In this document: positions 37,302 to 52,399 of the stretch, in pieces
Layout of the letters: the number at the start of each line of letters is the position of its first letter
How positions within the stretch are numbered: the stretch's first letter is position 1
NCBI GenBank assembly: GCA_951406725.2
Contig: OX597836.1
Span: 30,132,001 to 30,196,000, forward strand
Length of the DNA: 64,000 bases
Reading direction: 5' to 3'
Source of the DNA: Octopus vulgaris
Lineage: Eukaryota
Program-made: the position numbers and the translations under genes
The notes under the pieces: model-generated
Told to the model about the DNA's origin: nothing
What the model saw: only the letters and a program-made list of their open reading frames with translations
Databases searched by the model: none

Positions 37302-37988
37302 ATATATATACAGGTATACATACATATGCACATACATATACATGTAGATACAGACATATACACATTTATGTAGAGATATATAAACGCATACACACACAAA
37401 CATTTTCTTAATTGATTTGTATTTTCATATTTAAAGAACATTCACATAACTCCATGCAATATTTATTGATATATATATTCTAGTGGTTTGTATGCTGTGA
37501 CAAATATAGAAAAAACAAACGGGACTGGTGAAAATATCTATAACTGTTGTTTATAGTCATCTTTTGAAATTATGGCTAAAGGCATATGCGTGGCTGCATG
37601 GTTAAGAAGTTCATTTTGCAACCATGTGGTCTCAGGTTCAGTCCCACTGTATGGCACTTTGGGCTAGTGTTTTCCAGTTTCGCCCTGGGTGACCAATGGT
37701 TTGTGAGTGAATTTGGTAGACAGAAACTGAGTAGGGGCCTGTCATGTATATAAACATATACATCTCTCTTTCTATACACACACACACACACCTACACACA
37801 CAATAACAACATAAGGGTAGTAATTCATAGGAATTATGATTGTTATTTATCCTAAAGAGAAAGGAGTTCCCCATAAATACCCATACCACTGGATTACCCC
37901 AGGAGATGGAATTAATAGGGGATAGCCAACAAGAAGCATAGGAGCTTTTAGAAGCGCATTATGAAGCTAAACTAAACTAAACAAATAT

Positions 37989-38282
37989 GGGGAGGGCGCC
38001 CAGTGGTTAGGGCAGCGGACTCATAGTCACAGGATCACGGTTTCGATTCTCAGACTGGGCATTGTGAGTGTTTATTGAGTGAAAACACCTAAAGCTCCAC
38101 GAGGCTCTGACAGGGGGTGGTGGCGATCCCTGCTGTACTCTTTTGCCACAATGTTCTCTCACTCTTTCTTCTGCTGGCCTGCTCACTTAGCCAGTGGGGT
38201 GGCATCATTTGAAGGCTAAAACAATGTGAAGCGCATTGTGACCAGCGATGTGTAGCAACATTTGATAGCCTGGTCGGTCACA

Positions 38283-38288
<6 letters not shown>
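37989..38288 (+). mobile_element. tRNA-derived SINE, family B
   Basis: Reverse-complement homologue of 6537-6842, followed by (TA)n. Confidence 0.85.
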
Positions 38289-38332
<44 letters not shown>

Positions 38333-38697
38333 CAAAAAAATATGTTAAATATTCTGAATTTCTCGAAATTCTGCAAAAGGATATTTGGATTTACCTGTCA
38401 TGCACGAGGATTTATCTGGGATACGTGATCTTATTAAATTTACTGGCACCTGACTGTTGAACATTTATAACCAATTTCTTTCAATACCGAGTGCTTTATT
38501 GATATCTGCCAGGATTTTTTAAATCCCATTTCTTCTTCTATACATACACACAAGTGTAAGTGTGTGTGTATCTTTGTGTTTCTCCCTCACCTACTGCTTG
38601 ACAACTTGTGTTGGGCTGTTTACATCCCTTATAACTTAGCAGTTTAGCACAAGTGACCGATAGAATAAGTACCAGACATAAGGAAAAAATACATACC

Positions 38698-38980
38698 AAG
38701 GTATACTCTTTTATTCTTTTACTTGTTTCAGTCATGTGACTGTGGCCATGCTGGGGCACCGCCTTTAGTTGAGCCAGTTGACCCCAGGACTTATTCTTTG
38801 TAAGCCTAGTACTTATTCTATCAGATTCTTTTGCCGAACTGCTAAGTTACGGGGGACGTAAACACACCAGCATCGGTTGTCAAGTTATGTTGGGGGGACA
38901 AACACAGACATACAAACATATACAAACACATACATATATACGGCGGGCTTCTTTCAGTTTCGGTCTATTAAATCCACTAT
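38698..38980 (-). mobile_element. Family A SINE 3' part, inserted opposite to an older plus-strand copy
   Basis: CTCTTTTATTCTTTTACTTGTTTCAGTC...GGGCTTCTTTCAGTTTC. Confidence 0.85.
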
Positions 38981-40314
38981 ATTTATTTGACTAAAACTCA
39001 TCAGGACAGTGCCATAGCATGGCCACAGTTCAATGACTGCAACTAGAGAGAGATGAAAGAAAAATTCTGTGCAGTGGGAGAGCAAACTTGGAATCATGGT
39101 TGGAAAGAAAAGTCAACCACACAACCATACTTGCATCCAGTTTGCACAAATTACGCTTTATAGTGTGTGCATGTCAAATCCACTTGGGGGGCTTTTTGCT
39201 GTTGTTTTTTTGGTTTTTTTTCTCCTTCTTAAAATATATTTGCAAGATTGTACATAAAGATATACTGTTATACTATCCAATTTATCAAGAATTCTAATAA
39301 TTTAACAGACTTTTAGAGTTTTGAAGCTTCTTTTAAAAGAAGTGGAGTTGTCAACCATGTTGATGGATGAGGTCAAATCTGTGCCAAAGAAATTTTTCAA
39401 CATATCCAACTATGTTTTTGCGTTTCTGTTTTTTTATTTTTTTTTTTATTCAACGGTGAATATCAATGATAATAAATGAGGAATATAAAAAGAAAACATA
39501 CAAAAAGAACAAAAACAAAACAAAAATGATTTGCCTGACTATTAGAAGCGAAAAAGAAAAAGAAAAACTAAGGCAGTCTCGAGATATCTTATTTGCAATG
39601 AGAAGCTTATATATCAAAGGACAAAAATAAAAGGATGAAAAATGAAAAACAGAAGTTAAATTCATTTGAAATATTGTGGTTGTGGGTTCAATTCTATTGC
39701 ATGGCATTTTGATCTTGGACAAATGCCTCAACTTGAACAGTGTCTTTGTGGAAGTCCATCACATAAGTGTGCTTGTACAGGCATGTGTGTGGGTAATATG
39801 TATATGTGTTTATATATATGTATGGTATATATATGTACGTGTGTGTGTGAGTGTGTATAGGTGCAAGCATGGCCGTGTGGTTAAGATGTTTGCTTTGCAA
39901 CCAGGTGGTTTCAAGTTCAGTCCCACATTGCAGATGCTTGGGAATGTATTTTCTATAGCCCTGGGCTGAATAATACCTTGTGGATTAATTTGGTAGAAGA
40001 AACTGTGTGGAAGCCTATTATGTGTGTGTGTGTGTGTTGATGTATGTGTTAATCATGCCCACCCCCACTGCTTGACAACTAGTGTTGGTTTGTTTATGTC
40101 CCTGCAACTTAGTGGTTTGGCAAAAACATAAGTACTGGGGTTGATTTGTTCAACTAAAACCCTAAAACCCTTCAAAGTGGTGCCCCAACATGACGTGAAA
40201 CAAGAAAAAGATAACAGAAGGTATGTGTATGTCTGTATATACATGTGTGTTGGTTTATATGACCACACTCTGACACATAAATATATATATACATATAAAT
40301 GTTTGGTTATGTAA

Positions 40315-40733
40315 ATGTATTTCTTTACTGCCCACAAGGGGCTAAACATAGAGGGGACAAACAAGAACAGACAAAGGGATTAAGTTGATTACATCGACCC
40401 CAGTGGGAAACTGGTACTTTATTTATCGACCTCGAAAGGATGAAAGGCAAAGTCGACCTCGGCGGAATTTGAACTCAGAACGTAACGGCAGATGAAATAC
40501 GTATTTCTTTATTACCCACAAGGGGCTAAAGACAGAGGGGACAAACAAGGACAGACATAGGTATTAAGTCGATTACATCGACCCCAGTGCGTAACTGGTA
40601 CTTAATTTATCGACCCCGAAAGGATGAAAGACAAAGTCGACCTCGGCGGAATTTGAACTCAGAACGTAACGACAGATGAAATACGGCTACGCATATCGCC
40701 CGGCGTGCTGACGTTTCTGCCAGCTCACTGCCT
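40315..40733 (-). mobile_element. Head-to-tail dimer of the Meta-domain SINE inside one 21-bp TSD
   Basis: Two Meta domains; AAATGTTTGGYTATGTAAATG at 40297-40317 and 40736-40756. Confidence 0.9.
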
Positions 40734-41204
40734 TAAAATGTTTGGCTATGTAAATGGAAGAAATGGATGTATTAGAGTTTATTCATCCCTTTAAAGACGA
40801 TGATTCACCGCATGAGTAATTCCTCATTTCACGTGTATCCTTTTAAGTGACAAATACATGATTGTGTATGCATGTGTGTGCGTGCACGCATTTGTATTTG
40901 TGTGCATGTTTGTGTGTGTGTGTGTGCATTTATGCGTGCGTGTGTTATGTGTACTTTGGTGATGGCTTTCCGATAAATCAGTGCAACATTTTACACTGAG
41001 ATCGACTTAGTAATTTGGTAAATAGAAACAGAATTCATATCAGGCAAAGCAGTTTAGGCCAACAGGTACAAAATACAAGAAAAAAATTTCCGGCTTGGTA
41101 GTGGTGCCCCAGCATGGCCACAGCTTAAAATAACTTAAAATCAGTATAAGAGTCAAAAAATATATTCAACTAGAGATGAAACTAATAACATAATCTTTTA
41201 TATT

Positions 41205-41555
41205 TTACTTGGTTTCTTCATTAGACTGTGGCCATGCTGGGGCACCATCTTGAAGGGTTTAGTTGAACAAATCAACCCCAGCTCTAGTACTTATTCTATC
41301 AGTGTCTTTTTGTCAAACTGCTAAGTTACAAAGATGTAAACAAACCAACACTGGTTGTGAATTGATGATGGAAAAACACATACCCAAACACACACAGATG
41401 AAATTTTTTCTGTTTGCATCTATCAAATCCACTTCCAAGGCTTTGATCGGCCTGGGACTATATAGTAGAAGGCACTTGCCCAAGATACCACACAGTGGGA
41501 CTGAACCCCCCAAGACCACATAGATGGGAAGCAAGCTTCTCGATCATACAACCAC
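41205..41555 (-). mobile_element. CORE-type SINE, family A, diverged
   Basis: Colinear reverse complement of 514-927. Confidence 0.8.
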
Positions 41556-42117
41556 AAAGTATGTTTCAGAATTAGATTACTTAATACTGAGAGTAAATGA
41601 AGTCAACTCCAGATTCAAAGAAAGATGATATAGTTCTGTAATTTCAATGTATCTGGAGGATTAAAGGAAAAGTTTATAGAAACTAACAACGTAAACTAGC
41701 AGAAGCATTTAGTTCAAGATGGAAAGTGCTATAGAGAAATAATGAGTGTTTGAAAAAAAAGTGTAATTTTATACCATTAAATTGTCTAAATAATTCAGTG
41801 ATGACAGAAAAGTTATAAATGACCCAATCTTTAAGAAATCACACACATATACACACAGATATAAATACATATATACTTATACAAATATGTGTGTGTGTGT
41901 ATATTTATATATGTGTGTGCATGAGCATATGAATGTGTACATATATATACAAGCAAACATATACACATACACTCATACATACATACACAGATATACACGT
42001 ATACATATATACACACACACACAAATATATTTCTAATCTTTTTTTAGAGTGAAAACCATGCAAGTTATAAGAAATCATACAAGTTGATGATCTGTACTTG
42101 TATATCAATATTTATAC

Positions 42118-42171
<54 letters not shown>

Positions 42172-42664
42172 TTACACACATATAAAATTCAACGCAAAAG
42201 ATCTAATGTATAAGTCAATGAAACTATTCATTTTTTAAAATCTATCAGCCAGTTTTCTTTGTTGTGAATTTTTAATTATGTTATGTATTAGCAATTTTCT
42301 ACAAGAGAAAATGGTAAGGTAAAAATGTGTCTAAAGTCAATGCAATGAATTCTATGTAATGTATAATATATATCATATATACAAGGATGTCTGTGTGGTA
42401 AAAGGTTTGCTTCCAAACCTCACGGTTCTGGGTTCAGTCCACTGCATAGTACCAAGGGCAAGTGTCTTCTGCAATAGTACTGGGTTTACCAAAGCCTTGT
42501 GAATGGATCTGGTTGATTGAAACTGAAAAAAGCCAGTCACACACACACACACATGTATATATTTATGTATGTGTGTTTTCTCATCTTGACATTGCATAGC
42601 AGTGACGAAATGAGTCTCACTGTCATATAAGCAAAGCAGTTCTTTTCCAATATTCCAATATGCT

Positions 42665-42836
42665 TAGTGGTATTTCATCTGTCTTCACGTTCTGAATTCA
42701 AATTCTGCCAAGGTCGACTTTGCCTTTCATCCTTTCGGGGTTGATAAATTAAGTACCAGTGAAACACTGGGGTCAATCTAATTGACTGGCCCCTCCCCAA
42801 AAATTTTGGGTCTTATGCCTAGAGTAGAAAAGAATA
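42665..42836 (+). mobile_element. Meta-domain SINE, alternative-tail subfamily
   Basis: Meta domain followed by CCCTCCCCAAAAATTTTGGGTCTTATGCCTAGAGTAGAAAAG; relatives near 25580(-), 46300(-), 19455(+). Confidence 0.8.
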
Positions 42837-43740
42837 TCCCTTGAAACCATGTCTGGCCATGAAATATTACCTTACTTGGAAACAGGTGAGGATTGGTGAC
42901 AAGAAGGGCATTTGGCCATAGAAAATCTGCTTCAATAAGCTCTGCCTGACCCATGTAGGCATGGAAAATTGTATATTGAAATGGCAATACTATTTTCATA
43001 TATATTTTAAAAAGGAAACATTTCTCTGATAAGATATTACCCTCATTTTTCTTAGTCTTAATCACCATTCACCACATTCAGCCAACACCCTCCATCTCTT
43101 TGTAACCTCCTCAATCTTCAACTCTCAATCCTCATTCTATTCATCTGAGGGAACATTTTGATATTTTGTCACCACCATCTTTATTACTTTAACTCCCGCC
43201 CCAATTACTCCTAGCCACTGCAATATGATGTGTGGTAGCCATGTATCTCCTCTAAAACAGGAATCCTGTTCCTGTTCCTTCTTTTAAGTATGGTGTTAAG
43301 TGCTTTCACTGTTTATAACTTTTCAAACACACCTGTTATGGGGGAGTCCAGGTAAGTGTGTGTGTGTGTGGACAAGAGAGAGAACAAATACTACAATGCC
43401 CTCATTTTGGTATGTTGGCACAAATGACAATGTGTGTATAGACAACTCTACATAAATGTAACTGCCACATATTTTGAATAACTATTTTTTTGTTCAGTAG
43501 CAACTGATGAGGTGAAAAGTCACCAAAACAAGTGGGTATTTTGTAAGGTAGCTTGTAAATATCATATACTTAGGTCATGTATTTATGTTCAATTCTCCCT
43601 GTTAGTTTAACTCACTTAAAATCAGAGCATCAACCAACTACCTGTTGAATCATTGTGTCATGTCATTTATTAAATATTTCACTAAGAGGAAGAAAACTTT
43701 TCCTGCCAAGGTTCATGTCTATTTATCTACTACACACACA

Positions 43741-43799
<59 letters not shown>

Positions 43800-44240
43800 T
43801 CACTCTCATATATACACACAGGTACAGACAGTATGATCATCACTGTTGTTTTAACATTAATTTTTCTATTTCTATATTTGCCAATAGGAAACAATAGAGA
43901 GACGTATTTAATGTAGGAATTGATAACTTAAAGTTCAAGTACTATTTGGCTATATGCCACCATGTTGTTTTAACTCCAAGATGCAATACACAATAAATGA
44001 GTAAAAACTGAATAACAACAACAATAATAATAATAATAATAATGATGATAATAATAATAATAATGGTAGTGGTGGTGGTGCAAAAACTTAATGTATAGAC
44101 ATTATGAAAACTTCTAACCTCAAGTAAACTTTGTCTGAAATGATTACAATAAGAGATATGTTCATCTTCAGATGCTTTATAATGATGCAATAAGAAAATT
44201 TAAGATCTCTTTTTGAAACACTTTCATGAACTTTATATAT

Positions 44241-44273
<33 letters not shown>

Positions 44274-44314
44274 CATACATACATACATATATATACATAC
44301 ATACATACACACAT

Positions 44315-44367
<53 letters not shown>

Positions 44368-47354
44368 TACATACATACACACATCCATATATATATATAA
44401 TACACAAATATACATATACTAATTACATTACTACAGTGGTAAATGACCAGCTATGTGTCCATAAGATAACAGAGTTCAGCTGATTAGTACTTGCTAGTGT
44501 ACTGAATTTCCAGAAAGAGAGAAAGAGAAAGACTATATTTGTTTTTGCTTTATTTCTTGCACTCTCTCTCTCTCTCTCTCTCTCTCATCCGGTTTTATTT
44601 AACTTCATCACTGAAAGTTTGGCAAAGAATCAGGCGTGAACAAAACTGTATTAGTTCTCATCATTTATACACATTCTGATCAAGGGAAAGGAAAAAACAA
44701 AAACAAAAAGAAAATACCAAAAAAGAACCAACAACAATCGGGTATCTGAGTTGCTGGTCATTTGCATACAAGATTAACACACTAAATACATGTAGTTGAG
44801 AAGAAGAGCCTTTTTATTTGGTAACAGAACACAAGATATGTGTGTGTGAGCGTGTGTATATACACGCACCTTTGCATACCAATATTAAATTAGTATCATA
44901 ACAAAATAATTCCAAGACCGTAATTATTCTCACTTAGAGGTTTTAATAGCAACTGTTTACATGTTTAAGCACGATAAGAAAAATAAACCGTCAGATTTAT
45001 CAGCTGAAGATGTACGCTTGAACTATCAGGCAGATAATACATATACACCAATCTATGGACACTGTATAGTCAAATATTGATTTCTTTTTAAACAAATCTT
45101 GTAGGAAGCTTTATCAAATGGATGTAAACCTATTATATGGAAACAACTGGAACATAGTTTAATAACTAGTAGCTTACTGCAAACACAAAGAGGAAAATAT
45201 TTCAAACTCATTTATCTCGTATAAATGAAATCCATAAATTTTCATGAAGCATAGAAATACATGCAAAAGTCAACGGTAGGAAGAACAACGTAAAAAGGAT
45301 TATTTAATTGAATAAATAAAGCAACATACCAGCCTTGTCACATTTTAAAATCCAAATGCAAGATCCATTATTAAATGCTACGGTATCAGGCTGTAACCAC
45401 AACCAAAGTGCCTCATCAACAACAGAATGAATTTGTTAAGATTTATTCAACTAGAAATATGCATTAACATTAGCTGATTATAAATCAAGCAAGAGAATTA
45501 CTGATAAATGCACTTTCGGAAATAGGTCAGTGAAGGGCATCATGCAAATTCAATGTATTTTCCTGAATTCAACATATTTCATAAGAAGATATGGCCATCT
45601 TTTATCTTTTACTTCTTTCAATCATTGGACTGCAACCATGCGGTAATTGGACAGCACTGCTTTGATGGGTTTACTAGAAAAACTCAACACCCAGTTTTTA
45701 TTCCATTTTTTTTCTTTCTGAAGTCTCTTAGTTATTCTATTGGTCTCTCTTGCTGAACTGCTAAATTTTCACCCACAAAGCAATGTAGGTAAAAGTTTTT
45801 ACTCACAATGCAATGAACAACTTGAGGCTACTTCAGTAGAAAACATTGTCCAAAGCTGCATAGTGGGATTCAGATTGGAACTAGGTTTATTGCGAGACAA
45901 ATTTTGTGAAAGGACATTTTGGATAATGTAGTCCTAGAGAGATTGGGACTGTAATACTTCTGAATATGCGTCTGCTCAACTGAAGCTGACCTGGAGCTAA
46001 ACAATAGCAACAAAAGGATGACAATGGTTTAGAAGTTCCAGCCATCCGACTTCTCTACCTACTATTTCTGGGAGGGTCATAGGGGTAGAGTTCTCAGGCA
46101 CCTTCTCCATAGGGTCCTATCAGATACAACTGTCCATTAGAGTTTCCAGCTACACTTCCAAGTGTGACCAAGTGAGACTATAGATATTACCCAACCATCT
46201 CACTCTTGCTCTATTCTTAGGTCTCCTGCCAATTAGCAAAAAAAAAATTCCTTTTGATTATAGTTCTGCTCATTTAGGACTAACATTAGGATAAATAATG
46301 GTTTCAAATTTTGGTGCAAAACCAGCAATTTGGGGAGGGGAAAAGTTGAATACATTAACCCCAGTACTTATTTTAACCCTGAAAGGATAAAAGTCAAAGT
46401 CGACTTTGGTAGAATTTGAACTCAGAATGTAAAGACGATAAAATGTTTTTAAGCATTTTGACCTGAGTGCTAATGATTCAGTCAGCTTAGGATAAATAAC
46501 AAGAATAAATAATTTGTTGTACAGACCAAATAAATTGAAAATGCCATCAATGGGGAAAAGAGAGAGAGAGAGGAAAAGAAAAAAAGGGAAAAAAATTACT
46601 ATTTATTATTATTATAGATAAAGACAATTTTGATGAGTGAAACATCTTATTGTTTGGATGAAAACAGCATATTTCCATCCATCCCCCGTTGCCACTCTGT
46701 CATCTGTTATTTCATTTACAAGTGTGAGGTTTGATAGATATGAATGAAGTGTATTGTCTTACTCATTGTCTTAGCTTTATGTTCAAGGACACACAAGTTA
46801 AGAAGTTGGAACACATAAAAGCTGACTGTTACATAAATGTAAACAACGCTAATGAGTAAGACAATTAAACAAGAGTGAGAACTGCTAGCAAAAACAAAAC
46901 AAAACAAAATCAGAGAAAGAAAGAAAGAAAGGAAAAAGCAAAAGAAGGCAATAAAATAAAGAACAGCATACTGAAAATTACAGAGTAGACGGAATCCATA
47001 ATTAACAGGTAAAAAAAAAGTATGGTGGGTGCCACAGGAAAGATGTGTGTCTGTGTATTTGTGGACTTGTGCTTGCATGTGTATGTGTGTGTAAATGAAC
47101 ATTAGGGATTATTTTTGCTCCCTTATTTTATTTTGTCTTTGAAACTGAAGAGCTACAGGACTACATGTGAAGAGAATGTCATCGTAACTCAAACGGATTC
47201 ATGGAAAGATGTGAAATGTAAACAGGTGTGGCTTTGTGGTGATGAAGCTTGCTTCCCAACCACGTAGTTTGGGGTTCAGTCCCACTACATGGCACCTTTG
47301 GCAAGTGTCTTTTACTATAATTGATCAAAGTTTTGGTACATGGAAATTGATATA

Positions 47355-47398
<44 letters not shown>

Positions 47399-47756
47399 TA
47401 TATATATACACATATATACAATGAGCTTCTTTCAGTTTCTGTCTACCAAATCAACTCACAAGGCTTTGGTCGGCCCGAGGCTATAGTAGAAGACACTTGT
47501 CCAAGGTGCTACGCAGTGGGACTGAACCCAGAACCATGTGGTTGGTAAGTTCTATTTTCCTGTTTGCATCAGCATCTGCTAAATTTCTAAAATCAAAAGT
47601 ACAATATTCATGAAACTGTTACAGAAACAGAGGGAAAGAAATATCTAACTGTATCATGAAAACTATTCCATTAGGAAAAAAGGCAAAAAAATGGGGTCAC
47701 TCTACCTGTTGTAGAAATAGCAGTCAAATCACCCTGCTATAATGCCTACCATCTAT

Positions 47757-47985
47757 TAATCCTTTTGTTTCTGTATTTATGTTGAAATATGACTGTTTTT
47801 GTTTCAATTAAATTTCAAAATGATGAAGGATTTTGAAAAATAGTTTTGTCAGTATTACGTTAGGGTCTGGAACATTAAATAACAAAAAAATTTGGTGGAA
47901 GGTTTTAAATGAAATCATTTTAAAACAGAAAGTTTGTATCATAGAAGTAGATGCAGTTTTAGGCAGGCTGGTATCAAAAGGGTAG
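47757..47985. mobile_element. Second piggyBac-like MITE family
   Basis: TTAA-TCCTTTTGTTTC ... GTATCAAAAGGG ends. Confidence 0.45.
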
Positions 47986-48079
47986 CAAGCCAAATCAGAC
48001 TGGAACCTGGTGCAGTTCTCCAGATTGCTAGCTCTGGTCAAACTGTCCAACCCATGCCAGTACGGAAAACAGATGTTAA

Positions 48080-48112
<33 letters not shown>

Positions 48113-49226
48113 AGATAATGTGGTTTTTATACATGTTGAAACAATGACCTGAGATGGTCATGGTTAGAATGCTTTCTTTCGATCACTGATCTGTCTGTTT
48201 GATCCACCGTTCTTGTTCACCTGAGCGGGTGGGGTGGGGCAAACCACAACAGGCACAGTAACAACAACATTACCTAATCCTCAATTTTCAATTGAATGCA
48301 TAGAGACAAAAATAAAATTTTCATAAAACATAATTTGGCAGGGGTGCGGGAGGGTGTGTGCATATTTTATATTGAGATCAATGAGAGCAATGGATGAGGA
48401 GATATTAATAAACTGTTTCGTTTGTGAATGATGAATCAGAAAACAATGATTATGATGATGAGGAGGGACAGGAGGAGACAAAGGGGGAAAACAAAAAAAC
48501 TGTATCAAAGAGGTGTCTTGAAATCTAGCCAATAGAACCACTAAGTAGCGTGTATGCAAAAGTGCGTGTGTATGTGTGAGTGAGCATGTCCTACAAATAT
48601 GTAAGTACAAACACATACACACATATATTTATGCATGCGAATATATGTTTACGCGTGTGAAACACAAAATGAAAATAAAGGTCAAGAGAGAAAAATAAAA
48701 GTCTAGAAAAAAAAACCAACAAAAAAAAAAACTATAATTAGAAATATGATCTATCTGTCCCTTGAGAGTGGTCAGATTTTGATGTGAGCCACCAGTAATC
48801 AGGACAATGTGAGCAAATGAAGCAATTTACTTCAGAACTTGCAAGTCTTAATAACTAGTGTAAGCTGTTAGATTTTGTTTAGTATATATATATTTATCTA
48901 CACACAATATACATAGACCTAAATATATCTGGAACATAAACTCATAGCAAACGAACTGATAAGGAAACAAGCTAATTACGTTATTAGTAAATATAATCTC
49001 CTACTTTGTTTCCTTTTTCTGGTTTTAGTCATGGGACTGCAACCATGCTGGAGCATTTGCCTTCAAGGGTTTCTAGGTAGTCATATCAGCTTCAGTACTT
49101 TGTTTCAATATGATAATTGTTTCAATAATTTCTGTTTGTTGAATGGCTAAGTTACTTTTTGGCACAAATGGACACAACACAGTGAACTGTTTTTACACTG
49201 ATAGTCAAATGCGCTCCCTCTCCCCA

Positions 49227-49276
<50 letters not shown>

Positions 49277-50104
49277 ACGCACGCACACATACATGACCAT
49301 GTGTCTCCTCGTTTTAGAGAAGGTAAACCATATCGCTGCAACTCATAAGTGGCGATTAAAAGGGTGGCTGTCAGGAAAGGCGTTTGGCAGTGGAACACTA
49401 CCTCAAAAGGTTTCTTCCGACCCATACCAACACAAAACACCAGGTATGATGGTTATTGTCACCATTTTCATGATCTATACATGGAGTTTCGTAACAAATT
49501 TCACTCACAATTTTGTTTTCTTTTTCATAGTTCAGAGTTCAGATAAATCCTGCACAGCACTCCTTTGTCTTTCATGCGTCTATAGTTAGTCCATGTTACT
49601 CCGTAAGGAGCAAAAGGTCGGTCTCCCAGTTTCTCTGGTGTATATATTCCTCTCTGGACAGGTCCATCAAATGATTACTCATTTTTACCAGCTGAGTGCA
49701 TTGGAGCAGTGTGAAATGAAGTGTTTTGCTCAAGAACACAATGCATCTACTGGTTCAGGTAGTGGAACCATACAATTCTACAATCATGAATCCAACACCC
49801 TAACCACTAAGTCATGTACCTCTACATTTCATGCTTCCATAGGTGTTAAAAATAAGGTAATGAAACTCATGTAATCAACTCTAGCCTACAGGTAATACCC
49901 CAGCTTGACCACTGTTTCAATAGCTAAAACAAGTGAGAGGTTTTGGTCAGCATAAGTCTAGAGTAGAAGACACTTGCCCAAGGTGCCTTTTGGTGGGACT
50001 GAACACGAGACCATTTGGTTGGGAAGTCAGCTTCTCAACCACACCTACAACTATATTCTTAATAATTTGCAGTATCAATATTTTCATCTAATTCTATACC
50101 TGCA

Positions 50105-50405
50105 TAAATAGAATATTTTAATACTGAATATTAGAAAAGAATATTAGAAGAGAATTGGAATATTGAACATTAATATAGAGCAGAAGAATAGAAAAGAATA
50201 TTAGTGAAGAATAGAATATTTGAACAGAATAGAATATTAGAATATTGCAGATTAGAATAGAGTAGAAGAATAAAATAGAATATCAGGATGTATAAGAATA
50301 TTAGAATATTGTGAATTGGAATAGAGTAGAAGTATAGAAGATTAGAAAATTGTATACTGGAATAGAGTAGAAGTTCAGAAAAGAATAATAGACAGAATAT
50401 TAGAA
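50105..50405. repeat. Degenerate (AGAAT/AGAATATT)n simple repeat
   Basis: Directly visible. Confidence 0.8.
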
Positions 50406-52399
50406 TATGTTGTTGTTGTTTTTTAAAGTATTATTATTAAATATCTAAAATATTTTAAATGAGTTGTTTTTAATAAGATTATAATTTTTTTTAGAATATT
50501 AACGTAATTTTTTTAGAAATTAGAAAGAAAATTGAATGATGCAAATATTAAAAGTACACTAATGTTTGGAAAAGAAAAAAAAAGTACATGGGATAAAAAT
50601 CTGAAAACATATATATGGCTTTGGGTTCAGTCCCACTGTATGGCACTTGTGTCCTCTCCTATCATTCTGGGGTGAGCAAAGCCTTGTGAGAAGATATGAT
50701 AGATGAGAACTGAAAGAAGACCATCATGTGTGTGCATGTGCGCGTGTCACCTTGTCTTCTTGACATAGCATAATTGTCGTAAATGAGTGTGACTGTCATA
50801 CAAGCAGGGTTGTTCGTTTCTAAAATTTCTTGAAAACATATCAGGTGATGGGGAAATACTAACTTGCTTGGAAACAGGTAAGCATTGGTGATAGGAACTG
50901 TGGGGCGTGGAATCTCATTGTCCTTCCAGATACATCCTCCTTTGAAGACCACTGCAGGAATATCCTTGCAGACAAGAGAAAAAGGAAGTAAAACATGAAC
51001 ACTACAACCAACCATGACCAATCTACCTTCTCATGCAACCTTCTCATTTATACATGTTTGTGCTGAATTGGATTCATCAGACATTATACCAAGCCAGCAA
51101 CAGGTGTGGACGTCCACCCATTCTAAATCTTTGCATGGAAAGCCAAGAAAAATATTTGTAAAGAAATGAGGAAATGAAAAGAGACATGCCATTAAAAAAA
51201 TTTTTTTATATATAAAAGGAGCAAACACATAAACTGGATTTAATCATAAATTAGTTTTATACAACATACTCAGTTGACTAACATTACTGAAAGAATAAAT
51301 ATAATGTGTGTGTATGTGTGTGTTTCTATGTGTATGCAGGCAGGTATGTGTATATGTGCACGTATGTGAGTGTATGTTTATGTCTGTGCATCTTTATATA
51401 AGTGTGTGTAAACATATATGCATGAGGGCATGTGTATGTGTGTATGTGTGCATGCCTGTATGTGAATGTGCACATGTATGTGCTAGTATGCCTGTACATA
51501 TATGTGCATGTGTGTGCAAAACAGATAAACAGAAAGTGGAGGGAGAAAACATGAAAGAAAGGGAAAATGTATGCAAGCAATTCAAAAAAAAGAGATATGT
51601 GAAAAATGTTCTCGTTGTTAATAATATATGCAGCTGTAAAATAGCAAGAAATGACTAAGAAATCCTACAGCTTAGTGAAGTTTTGAGGTATTAAAAATTG
51701 CTCTCAGCACACACATATCCACACTTACATATATGCATATCTAAGAAATATATAAACATCATCCCTGAAATTAAGACACCGGATTTTTTTTTTTTTTTTT
51801 TTTTTTACTTGTATAGGTTCTGATGTTTAGGCATTTGTGTTCATTCATAGTAACTTTAATATAATGTAATTTAGAATATTTCATGCAGAAATAAGAACAA
51901 CAACAACAGCAGCAGTAGCAGATGTAACCAATCAAAAATCACTCTGAGTATTGTCTCACTCCCTATAGAAAAAACATCTGCAGAAAAATTTATTAAAATT
52001 TCATTTTAAAAAAATATGAAACAAATATAAAGCCATTATCTTCTAAAAAAAAAAAAAATTTGTGTATCGATAAAATAAAAACCTTTACTGAACTTAGTGA
52101 GTAAAATATGGATAATTTTAGCAAGTGCAATGAAGTCTATACATTACTGAGGAGGTCAAGATTAGCCTGAAATATATCTGGAGTTGTCCTTATAATTGTT
52201 GAAAGAATCAAAGTCAATGACTAATTGATGCCTTGGTGATCTCATTCTCGCTCACAACATCATAAGCAGAAAGTGTAACCTCTCGAAAGAGCTGTTCTTC
52301 ACTCCTGCTGCAGAGCGTGGGCTGTGAAAAGAAGAGGCTGAAATGGGAATCCTCTAAAGGGGCTTTGCAGTAACATTATTCAAAAGGGTACATAGCTCA

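Noticed and set aside
44961-45080. Short ATG-initiated ORF MFKHDKKNKPSDLSAEDV...
   Set aside because: 39 codons, no splice or homology support.
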